Positions 1 through 13,276 of a DNA stretch of 64,000 nt are shown piece by piece. The number at the start of each line of letters is the position of its first letter. Within the stretch, counting starts at the first letter, position 1. This DNA comes from Trichosphaerium sp. ATCC 40318 (lineage: Eukaryota; Protista; Tubulinea): contig JALMLS010000579.1 of assembly GCA_038496445.1 (NCBI GenBank), forward strand, positions 62,001-126,000, read 5' to 3'. The translations under genes and the position numbers were made by a program. A model generated the notes under the pieces. The model was not told the DNA's origin, made no database searches, and saw only the letters and a list, made by a program, of their open reading frames with translations.

Positions 1-1864
1 TTTCTAATTAAGTAAGTTAGTACGAAATTACTGTACACTACTAGTAGGGTCTACAGATAACAACACGTACTTGTGAGGGCGAGAGAAAATTTAGATTTTG
101 CACAAATCTGTGTTATCGCTGTTTTAAGTAATGCAATCTTTGTAGGAGTATAAGCATGCTTCCAGTGCCCAAGCCCTAGTTGTCCACAATCATTATTACC
201 CCACGCGTAGACGCTGCCAGATTCTACAAAAAAAACATTAGTTTTCCTTCGCGTATACCAAGCCATTGAGCTTGAAAGTATGAAGCCTCGCGCTAAAAAA
301 TTTGTGTACAAAAGTGATCACTTACTCGCTAATACCAAAGTGTGTCCACTGCCACAAACAATCTTATTAGCCTCAACGTCAGCGATTGGAATGAGTGTAG
401 GCTTCAACATAAATGTTACAGCACTACCCAAACCAAGGAAACCACCAGTTGAGCTGCCCCACATGTATACTTTATTATCGTCTAATCTCTCAATGAGTAA
501 CATCACCGCAGAGCCAGTATGGTGATTTTTCAAACAAGAAACCAAACAACGTACTTGAAATGGCACCAATACGTGTATCAGAAGATTCTTTATCAAAACC
601 AAGTGAGATACTGACTAGTTTTGTGTTGTTTGAAGGCAGAGAAAATCTCAACGTCTCCAAAGAATACCCAGATGATTTTAAAGAAGAGAAAGAACGTTGA
701 TTACCCCATAAATGTACTTCTCCATCTAATAACAAGTGAGCTGACTGATTTTAAACAATTTTGTTACACGTGTTTAGATATAAAACGCTGTGTCGTACCG
801 GCTATCGCTATAGTATTTTGGTCACTTGCATCAATAGCAGTGTATTTAATTTTACAAAATTCTTCTGGAAATTTGCTAACAGTGTACACTTTCTTGTCAT
901 GTGGACGGCCTAGTTTACCACTACGAGCATCTCCCCAACCATATATATCACCGCTAGCTATAACACCACGTGAGTACTATAAAAAGCGCCAAACAAGAGA
1001 CAATATGACACCATCACTAAAAAATGGCAAAAAAACACGACACCTCCTTGGGGAACAAAAAATACAAAAACAGAAAAAGTTAATGACAGTTCGTTCGTAC
1101 CTGTCAAAGCAACAGAATGTTCATTTGAACATCTTACAGATGTGAAACAAAGCGATAAATCAGTGTCTAGTTGGAAAAAAGATCCATTAATGTCCTTACA
1201 GTGTAGTTTATGCTTCTATCGATGAACAAGTAAGCAAGGCGTCACAAAATGATAAAAATAAAAAAACAAATCTCCAGTCGCGTCGTCTACGCCACTAAGA
1301 AGTTTCCTTCATTTTAAGGAATACAATTCATGTGTTTATGTACCTCTTGGCCAATACCCAACTGAGAATGAATATCCCATCCCCAGACATTTAGACTACT
1401 CCAAAGATCTCCTTTTTAGCATATTAGAATCACTTCTTTGGCATTTTTGATTTATGGTACCTCCAGAGCGATAACGCACGTCAAAGTCTGTAAAACACGA
1501 TACACATACCTATCAATGGTTTAGGGTAATTCGCAATTACTGTTTAGACCAAAATAGTGTATTTAGTCTGGAGGCATCACAATGCCGTGTAAATAGATGC
1601 TGGCGTACTCTGATCGGTGTATTGGTAATGTAGGACATAACAAGCTGGTAATTTGAGCAACGTTTACAGTATATATGGCCACAGTGCCTGCAATGGTGCT
1701 ATGACGTATCAGTACATTGTTGTACGCTCTCTATTTACCTTGCGTTTGAAAAGCCCAAATTCATCGTGACAGTGATAACAATTCTTCTGAGTACTATCTG
1801 GCATCCAATGGGAAGAATGGGTGGCAGGTGCACTATTTGCGATAGTTTTTGCAGGGCTTGTCAT
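1..1864 (-). CDS. FYVE zinc finger plus RCC1-repeat protein (multi-exon, 3' end outside window)
   Basis: Spliced translation gives WMPDSTQKNCYHCHDEFGLFKRK|HHCRHCGHIYCKRCS...RVCVSC (FYVE). RCC1 repeats follow: VWGWDIHSQLG, IYGWGDARSGKLG, VYMWGSSTGGFLGLG, VYAWGNNDCGQLGLG. Confidence 0.9.
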
Positions 1865-2449
1865 TTTCGAGCATACGTTACTTTGTATAACGCTTGTAGG
1901 GTGCAACTGAGACTTGGATACGTTGTTTTAATTCTCACGTAGAAAACTCACTTTTTTTCGTGTGTCGTGACACTGTTTGCAACTATCACAAGAAAAAGTG
2001 TTTTGACTAGTGAATATCGCGTTTTTAGTTGAATTCGGTTCGGGTATAGCGTTGTTGTACCAGAAGATCCGACAATGCTCGTTTTGCTCTCAAACGCTTA
2101 CTACAACGATCTAACACTTGTTTTGCCCTTTTTCTCCATTAAGAATTGAATAGTTTCCTAAATCGTAGTTGTACTGCAACAACAAGCGGAGTTTACCAAA
2201 AGCAGTTGTAACTGTTACAGTTAACCAGAACCCGTGCAAGTACTAGTAAAAAAAACCTGATATGAACCCACCTTTTATCTCTAACAACACCTCTTATGTA
2301 CACAAGGCCTTGACACTAACTGATTCCAACGTGGGACAAGCATAACAAAGGTCATTAAAACAGAACAAAGAAAAATAGCAATACGATCAAAAAACTTAGT
2401 TAAATCTTTTTTTTTCTAATGTGCATTATTAATTACTTTGTACAGCAAG

Positions 2450-5400
2450 TTACAGAATTTCATTGTCATTGTACTCAATTGGAGCATCCCAACCTTCTGC
2501 AATACCCAAAGGGTCAACTTTTTCATTAAAAGAAAAATCCTGTGGAAAAAGATCCGTTGAATTAGACCTTCGATTGCTAGCATAAAAATCGTTGAATCCT
2601 TGATGATGATGTTGTTGTAAATCCATCTCACCAAGATGTTGTTGATGATGATGATGAACATCATGATGATGGTGTTGTTGATGATGAAGATTATTAGTCA
2701 TCGGAGGAGGAGGATGAGGTTGTTGTTGATGGTACATAGGCGACGATTGAACGTACCCTTGACTGTAATGTGGATGATGCCCATAAGGGGCTACAATGTG
2801 GTTGTGCTGCATGTTGTACGAGTGTTGTTGTTGTTGCGTATGTGTTGTGTATTGTACGTGCTGTTGTTGCTGCTGCGTTGTGTGAATTTGATGAGGATGT
2901 TGGTAATGGTGACCTCCGTATACAGACGTAGCAGTATGACTGATTTGCATCTGTTGTAAATGGTGTTTCGCATATTCCATATTATGAAACTCTTGAACAC
3001 GTCTTTGTTGATGCTGTAATGGCTTACTACCAACTTGAGCAATATTAAAGTTAGGATCAATAGCAAACTCAACAGTAGGAGAATGTGTAGACTCGCTATT
3101 AGTCTCTGATCCTTGAGCAAAGCTCAAATTATACTCTTCGTTGCTCATTGACTCTGTAGAGTCTCCTGATATAGTATCAGACGTAGCAAGCGGTCTTCTT
3201 TGGATAGACTCCGTTTTTATAAACTTCTTCTTACTTCTTGAGCCTTTTGTCGTAGATTTAGTTGAAGCGCTTTGTCCGTTGCTTCTTTTACTTAAAGAAG
3301 ACGTAGAACTTGCACTACGAGGTAAACTAGACCTTAAAGATTCTTTTGTAGTACTAGTATTACGACAATGATTTTGAAGCGGCTTATTCGTTTTTTCGTA
3401 ATACTGTGTTCTAAAACACTTCATAGGTTTACCAAGTGCATAAATAACATTCCAGCCATTGTAAGGACCACTATTTTGGTTCCTCGCTATAAAAAAAAAC
3501 GAGAATGAGTCAAGAAAGCCGAAAAGTTTTTTACCATTTTTGGACAAAAAAAAAAAAAAAAAGGAAAAAAATGACCTCCATACAAAAAGAGTTATCCTTT
3601 GTTGTCTATGACGTACATTGGGCTACATGAAGTGCAAAAGTCGATAGGCTTTGGTATTGCTCGTTACGCCAAGCAATTTTACCTGTAGCGAGGAGTATCC
3701 CCGCGTCTGATTCAGGTGAATCTTTTTTAAAGTACAGTTTCTCTTTCGCAGATAATAAATTCGTTTTAAGTAGGTCTAATAGTGTTACCCTTGGGTTATC
3801 CTTCTAAAATAATACATCATGTAAGTAAAATAAACCTTGTATTTAAAAATAAAAGGAGTTGAAAGGTTGTGTCGCCAAAAAAGACAAAAAATTTCCAAAA
3901 AAAGAGAAACGAAAGGGCAAAAAGTACGCACGGTTTTAGAACGACGCGACTTCTTTGTTACAGCTGCTTTACGTTCTTTAGTAGCCTTTTTAGGCTTTTC
4001 TGTTGTTGTAGTCCTATTAGAACTAGTTCTACGACGTTTCTTGGGTGGTTCTGAGTCTGCAATGACAGATGAAGAACGTTTCATTTGAGTTCGTTTTCTT
4101 TGTCGTTTTGGCTCAGGAAGAATCGCTTTAGTCTTTTTATTGACTCCCTTGCGCTAGTAAACGATAAGAAAAACAAACGAAAACGCTTTTGGTAAAACGT
4201 ACTGTGCTAACAGGAGAGCTTCGCACTGGTGAGCTTATATCGCCTCTTTTCCTTCGACAAAAAGCGCAAGAGCATAATCCACGACAATAAAGACATTCCC
4301 AATTATTAGGGTCAAGTTCAGATATATTCTCATGGTAGTGGCGATACAAGCAACCTTTGCAGTATTTCTTAGTGCATTCATTCTATAACAAAGTTAGACA
4401 CTATGTATATTACAACAATAATAAAAAAACCGATTGAGCAAGGCACCCAATACAAGAAATGACAAACAAACAAAAAAAAAATGAAAAGTTTTTTTTGACA
4501 GTTGCACAAAAGAGCGTACTTTATGGAACCTGGAGCAATATATTACGCTTTCATGCTTTTGTTTACATTGGTGGCACCACATTAGAACGTTTTGTTGCTT
4601 CTTTTTTACTGAAGCCTGAAAATACAAGTTAATACGAGTAGAACAATAAACCCCGATAGAATACGTACCTTACGCTTTGATGGTGCTGGTTTTACGGTTT
4701 TAGGCACGACTCGTGACTTTCGGAGTGGTTTTGGAGTAACACTCTTGCTACGTGTCCTGTGGGGTCTATCACTGGCATCAATCTACAAAAAGTAAGCATA
4801 CAATAACCTCAAAAAGCAATAAAAATACATGTGTAAATGAAAATCAATAAAACATGTAGATGCTAAGAAAGGCAACTATTACGCACGTCAATGACTTCAG
4901 GCCCTTTGTAGAATGCTTGTGGTAGCGGAGAATTCAATAATCCCCAATAACCAGACCCTGTTTAACGGTTATTAGCGAACTTAGCCTCAAACAGTCTTAT
5001 GCGCACCATGCTTAGCTGTTATAAATATATCTGTGCGTGTAGTGATTTGAGCATTTAGTGTAGCCCACCATGTTACTGTCCCTGGTTGGTAATTTATGAG
5101 CATGTACTAGGACAAACAAAAGCGTTCTTGGGCGAAAAACAAAAACAAAAAAAAGCAGGTAGTGAACATTTATCGTATTATTTTTGCGTTAGCGTACTTT
5201 GTCTGCCAAGGCAAAGGGAGTTCCAGTTGTTATTGACGTATGGTACAACGTCTTGTTTAACATGGTAAAAGCGGCGTTTATGTTCCAAACCAAGGTTAAA
5301 TAGTGCTGTTACTGCGACTTCAAGCCTACCATAAACGTTATATTGGTACGTAATGCAAAAAAGAGAAAACGGTTCGCATAGCGATAACTCAATCTACGCA

Positions 5401-5792
5401 AGATAAGGACAACTGCTTCGCGTAGCTTCTCGCGTCATTCGCTATTTTGAACCCACAAGTCCAGTTGATTAGCGTACCATGTCTTGTCTCTATGCTTGAA
5501 TGTACAAGTGGTCCCTGTACAAGTAGCACACCTGTATTCATACGCTTCATCGCCTGGACCAGGCAGAATTTTTATGTACTCCAGAGTAGCTAGGCGTAAG
5601 CGTCAGCGTTAGTTAACCAGGTGAAGTCAAAACGTCTTTTTGTTGTTTTTTGAATAAAATAGGGCAATCCTTTTGCCTACCATGTGTTACGCAGCCACAC
5701 TGGTAGCACTTTACGTCGCAAGTGTACTCTGTGTCGTTGTTCGCAGTTGTCTTGCCATTTATCGACGCCTCGCTGGTACTAGGTGAAGCCAT
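2450..5792 (-). CDS. Multi-domain chromatin reader: atypical PHD-like Zn finger plus winged helix (ASH2L/Polycomb-like type), zf-4CXXC_R1 (CDCA7 type), RAMA domain, Q/H-rich tail
   Basis: ATG at 5792; hand-spliced exons stay in frame. Motifs in order: CYQCGCVTH..GDEAYEYRCATC..TWLEVAVTALFNL..VVPYVNNNWNSL..TWWATL..GYWGLL; WCHQCKQK..C..C..KYCKGCLYRHY..WECLYCRGLCSCAFCRRKRG; RVTLLDLLKTNLL..GILLATGKIAW..YQSLSTFALHV..NGWNVIY..GKPMKCFRTQY. Confidence 0.8.
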
Positions 5793-6027
5793 GTGTTTAG
5801 CGAAGTGAGGTGCCCGAAGAACCCCTTTCTTTGGTTCTGTTTATTGAAAAGGTGACGCTAGTATCGTATGTGTATAGCGTAACGCTTCATCTGCAACTGG
5901 CGCTAAGTACGTTCAGTCTCGTAACACTTTTCGCAGGTCTTTGCTAAATTTGGTTAAGACTGTGCAGTGACCACACTTTTTTGGCCAGGTCCTAACACCG
6001 AAAACGCTAACTTGTAGCAGGTTTAAA

Positions 6028-7580
6028 ATGTCAACTGTTTGTGTTACTGGAGCTACTGGGTTTATTGCAAGTCACATTGTGGCACAGCTTCTCTCTGCAG
6101 GTATGCAGCATTCGTAATAAATTGCAAAAATGTGACACCAACAAAAGGATACAATGTTAGAGGCACAGTGCGGTCACTTGAAAGAAGTAATTATGGATTC
6201 TTGAAACAAATGGGAGAAAAGCATGACAACAGGTTAACACTAGGTATTTACGCGTCCTTTTACTAAACGGGCTAATCACGCAATAGTTGAGGCTGATTTA
6301 ATGAAGGTTTGCGCTATTATTGTTCTATGGTTCTATGGCGTAACGTAATAACAAGGAAAGCTCTTTTGACGAAGCTATGAGTGGTTGTGATTATTGCGTG
6401 CATACAGCCGCTGTGGTATCTTTACACTCATCAGGGGACCCTATGAAGACTATCATTGAGCCAGCGATAAAAGGTAACAAGACATCTACAAATGTCGCTT
6501 ATTTAAGTGTTGAATAGGTACTCTGAACGTATTGAAATCGTGTGCGAGAGCCAAAACGATCAAAGTACGGTGTCAGACAGAAAAAAAAATTAATCCATTG
6601 TTAGCGCGTTGTATACACATCTTCTGCAGAAGCAGTAATGTCACATCGTGCAAAACCTCCACCAGTTACTACAGAAGAACACTGGGACACAAAATGCACG
6701 CAATCTAGTGGGTAAGGCGCCAAAAAAAGGAAATTAATAAAATCCATATTTGATAATATTAATACTACATTAGCGCATACATTTACGCCAAGAGATTATC
6801 AGAACAAAGAGCTTGGGCGTTTGTAGAAGAAACTAAGGCATTTGAAATGATTACTATTTGCCCACATACTGTCCTTGGACCGATTCTTGGTGATCGTGTT
6901 GCCTTGTCAAACTCTGCTGTAGAAAGTATTCTATCTGGTGCTTATCCGCTTGTTCCAGCGTTTAACCTTCAAGTATGTGATGTAAGAGATGTAGCTCGTG
7001 CACATGTCTTGGCGTTATCAAAAGAGCAAGCAAACGGCCGTTATATCGTCACTGGTAAGTTATGAGTGTAGGTAATATAGTATCAACCTTATGCAGGTCG
7101 CCCTGAAACCCTTTCTGGACTTGCTGCCAGATTACAAAAGCTGTTTCCGACAAAACCAATCTCATCTTTGGTTATGCCAGCCTATCTTATGTATATGGTA
7201 CGCCAATGCAGTGTTCTATTTGCTATTGTATTAAGTGAGTATAGGTTGTACCTTTTGAGCCAAGGTTAGACATGGAAGATGTTACAGGGTTCATATTTTA
7301 CAAACCTACTTATTGTAATGATAAAGCAATTCGAGATTTATCTTTAGAGTTTACTGACATGGATGTAACGCTTCGTGATACAGCACAAAGTATGATAGAT
7401 AAACACTTGGTAAAGTACGTGCACTTTGCTGATAGTTTCGAGTATATTAAGAGGAGAGGTTATGGAATACCTAATTTTTTGTATAGGACTGCATTCCATG
7501 CAACCAAAGAATTTTTTTATGGCGCCATTGCTTGTATTTTTGTGTTGGTAGCTTGTGGGTACTATTACTATGTAATATAA
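6028..7580 (+). CDS. NAD(P)-dependent epimerase/dehydratase (cinnamoyl-CoA/dihydroflavonol reductase-like extended SDR) with C-terminal hydrophobic anchor
   Basis: MSTVCVTGATGFIASH (GxxGxxA), VHTAA, VYTSS, YIYAK (YxxxK), DVRDVARAH. All introns are GT-AG. Ends FFYGAIACIFVLVACGYYYYVI. Confidence 0.93.
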
Positions 7581-7659
7581 AAAATTGTAAACACACGTTC
7601 AGACAGTTTAAGTTTTGTTTTTCTCTTTTTTTGTTTTTGAACTTAAGCGTGAACAAAGC

Positions 7660-9021
7660 ATGAGACTACAAGCTTCAGACGCTGTTAAAATGGATGGACC
7701 ATCTAGTAAGCGAGTTAAAACAGAAGAAACGCAAATGTCAGGTGTAAAGACGAAATTATTTGATATTATACCCAAAGAGGTGCCGTGGACTGTATTTTCA
7801 AACGATTATAACAGTTTTGTTAGTTCCTTCCGCTTATATTGAGAAACTTGACTAATAAACAGCTGAGTGTTACAGCACGCGTTTGTAAAGCATTCAGGTA
7901 ATAGCCAAACAACATGTTGCTTCAGAAGGCAATACGAAACGCTTTTTGCGCCAATTCTTGCCAATGACGTTACGTTTACAAAGCGTTCGTCATCATAGAA
8001 TGCAATCTCAAAAAACGCCAACCGACTTCGACTGAGTACCAATTTAATAGACTCCTGATATTCTATTCTAGGGACGCTACATACACAGAGTCCTTTTGGT
8101 GGACGTTCTGTCTTCCTAAGGCTAATTCAATAAGTTCAATAGGAAAAGAACGATGCGAAGGTAAAATTATTAGTTTCTGTTTTTTCTTTTTTTTTGTTCT
8201 CAGCTCCTACTTTTGTTTAATATCAACTTAGTAATGAAAAGGTTAACTATAATGGAACTACTGGATGAACAGGAATTGTCAAATGTGACAAGCTTGTGCC
8301 CAAATTTGGAGGAACTTAACCTTTCGTGTAAAAATGGAACAATAAGTGAGTTTTTTTTTTGAATAATTAAGTTTTTACTGCCTGTTGTACTTATTTGTTG
8401 CTGTAGCTTCTATAGACGCATTGAGTGACTATAAGCTTACACTACAGAAGTTATCTCTTCATTATTGTGACCATGTATCCGAAGAAAGTTACTTAACCTT
8501 GAAAGATTGCAAGCAATTACAATATTTGAGATTTTACCACTGTTGTACGCTTGATAATTGTCTTTTTTAAATCAACGCAACTCCATCTTCACAAAAAATT
8601 AGATATTGACATTTCGTATTCAACTCAGTAGCTGAAAATAATGAGAAAATCCAAAAAGCGTTTTTTTTGTAGACTACTTCGTGTGTTACTTACAATAACA
8701 CTTTTTTTTCTAGTGCATATCACGAATGATGTAGTGTATACGTTAGCAAAGAAAATAAGTTCTCTTGATGGGGTTTCTTACTCTCACTGTGCATCACTTA
8801 CACCAGAAGGGATGCAAAAAGTTTACACTGATTTTCCGCGTTTAAATACAATCGCTGGTGGCGCATTGGATGACTCTGATGATGAAGATGATGTAGAATT
8901 TGATCCTGATTGCAATTGGTATGAAAAAGATTATGAAGGTAGTGATCCAGATAGTTACGCAACTGACAATTCTGATGATTCTGTAAATCGTATTAATCTT
9001 GCTCGCTTGTACGAGGCGTAA
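7660..9021 (+). CDS. F-box/leucine-rich repeat protein with acidic tail
   Basis: F-box: LFDIIPKE|FLPLILRNLTNKQLSVTARVCKAFR. LRRs: CPNLEELNLS, LQKLSLHYCDHVS, LQYLRFYHC. D/E-rich C-terminus. Confidence 0.85.
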
Positions 9022-9326
9022 ACCTATTTGTATTGCTTTGTATAACCTCAATGTGAATGTTTTGTAAAAATAATGATTTCAAGTAGAGTTAGTTTAGAAC
9101 ATACATTCAGTGAAGTGTGGAATTTACCAAACGCTGACTTTGGTAAAACTCATGCTGTAGCAACGTAGAATAACGTACGGGTTGTGAGATTTGCATATTA
9201 GCTTAGTTTTTGTATATTGATGATCTTTTAGGCTAGTATTCCCTTTTGATCCCAAATCGTTAAAGGTCGGTGAAATAACTTAATAAATCGACTTATACGC
9301 GATTGACGTAAATTGCAGACGTTTTT

Positions 9327-12300
9327 ATGCAAGACGTTGCCCAAAATGACTCAAAAGCTCTGGAACTGTACCAAATAGCCAATAATCTAGCCAGAACGAA
9401 GAAATTTCGCGAAGCAACAGTGTTATATTCTCAGATTGTAGAGCTAGACCCACCATACAAAATGCGCTTGGCCGCATATCTAAAGCAAGGTGCTGCATAT
9501 GGCCAGCTACAAGAGTACGATTTGAGCTTTTTTGTTATTTCGGGGAGTTAAACTCGCACAGGTACGACGCTGCAGGGGATTCCTACGATAACGCGTTACA
9601 AATTGACCCACTTAACGAAGACGCGTGGAATGGTAAAGGAAGCGCTCTTTGTAATATGTGTCAATACGAAGCAGGCTTTGTATGCTTTATGCAGTTGTTA
9701 AAGAGCAACCCTAACCACTTCTATGCATTAAAAAATCATAATATTGCTGTTTCTGCTTTACGTGCGTATAACCCTTTGAAATACGCGATAATTCTGACGT
9801 TGATGTATTTAGTAAAAGCACAGGGCATAAAAAGGGATTGTGTAAAAGTAGAATTAGGAGAAAAAGGCATGTTGTTTTTAAGGCGTACGATACGCTTATA
9901 TACCTGGTTAGAGAGAGAGATTAGTAGGTTGAGAAGAACTATACAAGAGTTGGAGTTAACAGCAGGATGTGAGCCTTCCTATGGTACAAAAAGAAACGAG
10001 CTTGCAATGTTTTTATTGAAGATTAATGATGTTTTTCTTGCTAGATTTGACACAAGATGTAAAACGTCGTAACAGATCGTTGACTGCTACTTCGTTGTTT
10101 AAAAAGCAAGTACGGAATGTAAGTGAACGTAAGGAATCATTGGCTACAAGGTAAGCGATATTAAGGCATTCAGAGTAGAACAACAAATCATTTTATTTTA
10201 TTGTTTTTTACTAATTTTCGATAAAAAAAGCAGTTGTTTCATGTGTTTGACTTTTTGTTCTTTACAGGGAGAACAAACTCAAAGTTCAGGTAGCTGATTG
10301 GAAACAGAAAGTACATACAGTTCGTCAGAGTGTAACTGAATTAAAAGAACAAAGACAAGTTGACCATAGAGAGCTTCTTACACAGAAGCAAAACTTAACA
10401 CAAGAAAAGAGATCTTTAAAGGAAGAGCAGGATAGGTTAAGAAGTCTTATAGATGATGAAACAAGGTATATTCAACGTGGTATAGAAGATATACATATAA
10501 AAGAGAGATCAATAGAAAAACTAACAGTAGAAGTGTCAGAAGAAAGGTAAAGAAAATTCCTTCTGTGTTTTTTTTTTGTTTTAATCAAAAATCGAAGTTT
10601 CTTAACCTCTGATACGATTGTGACTAGGAAGCATATAGAAAAACTGCTATTGCATCAAAACCAGCCGTTGGGTACATATATTTTGTTTCTGAAGCCTTAT
10701 GTAATACCATCTATATGAGAGTGTTAATTTTGTTTTTTAGAGGAAGTCCTTGCAACGAAGTTATTTCTTGGTGTAAAACAGCTCAACATCGCTAAAGTTG
10801 AGAAAGCACTAGAAGCTGGTGCAAACAAAAAATGTAGAGATCCAAATAGAGCAACACCACTACATCATGCAGCACGACAAGGTAATATTAATTAACGAGT
10901 GATTTTATTTGAAGTAGTGATTTCTTTGTAGGAAACATGGAGCTTGTTGAGTTGTTACTCAAATATGGTGGTGACATGCCACCGTATGCTTCTTTAAAAG
11001 ATAGTACTGGATTACGTGCTTGGCAGTGGGCTCAAAAGAATGGAGCAAGTATGAAAGTACGTTAGTTGTAATGCTTTGGCGAATGCTCCTTTTTTTTTTA
11101 AGCTATTCGCTCTAACTTTTTTTAAGGCTGTTGATTTGCTGCGCATTAAGTCTAATCAAGAAGAGTATGAAGTACGTGGTACTATGGAAAAGCTTCTAGA
11201 AGATATATACAGAGGATTTATTGCATATAATGCAGCATTCAAAGTGTGCAAGGAAACAAACTTAGATACAGTTAACTTTAAGTTAATATCACAAAATCAT
11301 TTCCGATATAAAGATGTTTTCTATTGTATCTTAAAGGATACTTATCTATACATGCATCATACAAACAAAGATAATATTATACCATTTAAGGCTTATAGTG
11401 AAGATCCTTTGGAGTATTATAGACTTAAAGATGATATACAGTGGTTGTATAATGACACTTATGCTTTGCGAATTAAGTCTTTAAAGAAAGACAGAATTGA
11501 GCCTATTGAGAAAATGATACGTATTATGAACTCACCTTCTGGTTCTAAATATGAAATTGGTACTATATTAAAGTACTTCAATGGTATTGAAGAGATGTTG
11601 AAACCATTTGAACTTGAAGGTATGTGTACTTTTTTTTCTTGTCTTTTTTTTTGGTTATCTTTCTCGCATCATTGTTTGTTGATTATTTTTTCATAGTGTT
11701 AACTGTTGCGAATGTACTTCACGCAGCACATACAAGCTTACGTAAGGGTAAGATTGTTCGCGCTTTAGTAAATACAAAGTCTAGAGTTGCAGAGAAAATA
11801 AAGTCTCTGACTGTACGCAGATATTTCACCTATTTTATTTTTTTTGATGAAGTATTGATTTTGATTGTAGTCCATGCAAACATATTATGCGCATCTTAAG
11901 CAAAGAATACATCACTTAAGAAGACTTGTAGATTATGATTCAAACCATATTAGCACTATAGCTGAGATGGCTAAAAAACGTTATGCTGATAAACCTACTC
12001 CTGTACCTTCTTCTGTATCATCATGGAAACAAAAAGGATATTCACCTTCTCCTGTGCGTATTTTTTTTATTTTTATTTTCAACACATTTAACGCTCTACT
12101 ATGTACTTTATACTTGTACGACAAGCTTGTCTTTGAAGCGTTTTGTAGAGGCGTAATTGACTAATTTTTTTTTGTTTGTTAGAAAAGAGTTATGTCTCCT
12201 AAAGCTCTTGCTGTTGCACAAACTTTAAAGGGATCTTATCGTATCTCTGCTGTAGATCGTAATACAAAGGTACCAGTAAGAGATGACCTTATACATAAGC

Positions 12301-12830
12301 GATCATCATCTATGTTTGTTCATAGTGCTAATCGTAAACGTGCTGGAGAGGTTAGATCGCGTACGTTGCATCAAAAAAAAAGGCAAAAAAAATGGCTCGC
12401 GAGCAGTTTTTCAAACAACGAATTTTTAATTTACTTGCTGCAATACTCTACAAATATACCAATTCCCACATACTCAATATTAGAATTGCGTGTGAGAACG
12501 GAATTCGTCAAAAAAGGTTTTTTTTTAGTCACTTTCTCACAATTTTCTTACAGAAAAACCATCATCTGCTTTTGCTAAGAGACCAATAAAGACCCGAAAC
12601 CTATTCCACCACAAAGATCGTTTATTAGAGACTATATAAATAGAGGCGGACTTAGACATACAGGACCAAGCAGACTACAAAAAAGCACTGGAAATAGGAC
12701 TACAGTAAATATTGATGAAATGACAAGTACTCTTAGTAGAGACATTATTGGAAAGCCCGGACACAGAGAGAGTATAGACTTTACTTCATTAGCAAATAAA
12801 CTGCAAGTAGATCTTGCCGAGCTTGGATAA
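9327..12830 (+). CDS. TPR plus coiled-coil plus ankyrin-repeat protein
   Basis: TPRs (YDNALQIDPLNEDAWNGKGSALCNM), a coiled-coil exon at about 10269-10546, and ankyrin ATPLHHAARQG|NMELVELLLKYG. Exons splice in frame to TAA at 12830. The start is uncertain. Confidence 0.8.
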
Positions 12831-13276
12831 ATTAGACCGTCTGGAACGATAAAAAATCTGCTTAAAAAATAAAAATGTATTTATAGAAAATAGAGTACAA
12901 ATCATGCATTTGCTTCTTTGTAGTTGTTTCAATAGTTCTGCAGAATATTCGATACCCTTTGATGTTTCTTTGTATTTTCTTTTAGCAGGTGGCAAGAGGC
13001 ATCTTTACAAGTATTGTTCACGTGTTTGTAGTAGTACCATGCTAAAATAGAAATAAGATAACAAGTATTGTATGGTTTAAATACGCAACAAACTTAGAAT
13101 TACACATTTCATACCAGTGTAACTCTATTTGGTGCACATTCTTGTATACATACTCTATGTTGTAGAGTTGAAAAAGGGCTACCTATATTCACAAACCATC
13201 CCGAAGTACACATTAGCTCCAGCAAACAAAAAAACTCAATGTACAAGGACTATAGACTTTATTGACAAGTGGTGGG

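Noticed and set aside
2636-3371. Plus-strand M/L/V-rich ORFs
   Set aside because: They are antisense shadows of the Q/H/S-rich exon on the minus strand.
9070-9150. TGGAATTTACCA (antisense to a conserved LSU rRNA stretch) upstream of CTGA, resembling a C/D snoRNA guide
   Set aside because: There is no canonical box C, and the match does not extend to the D box. The segment is also explained by a local hairpin (TTTACCAAA/TTTGGTAAA). An Rfam/snoscan search would settle it.
12789-13260. Exon-like segments with GT-AG boundaries downstream of the 13277 stop
   Set aside because: No consistent open spliced frame with a start could be built. They may be 3' UTR introns or a remnant.
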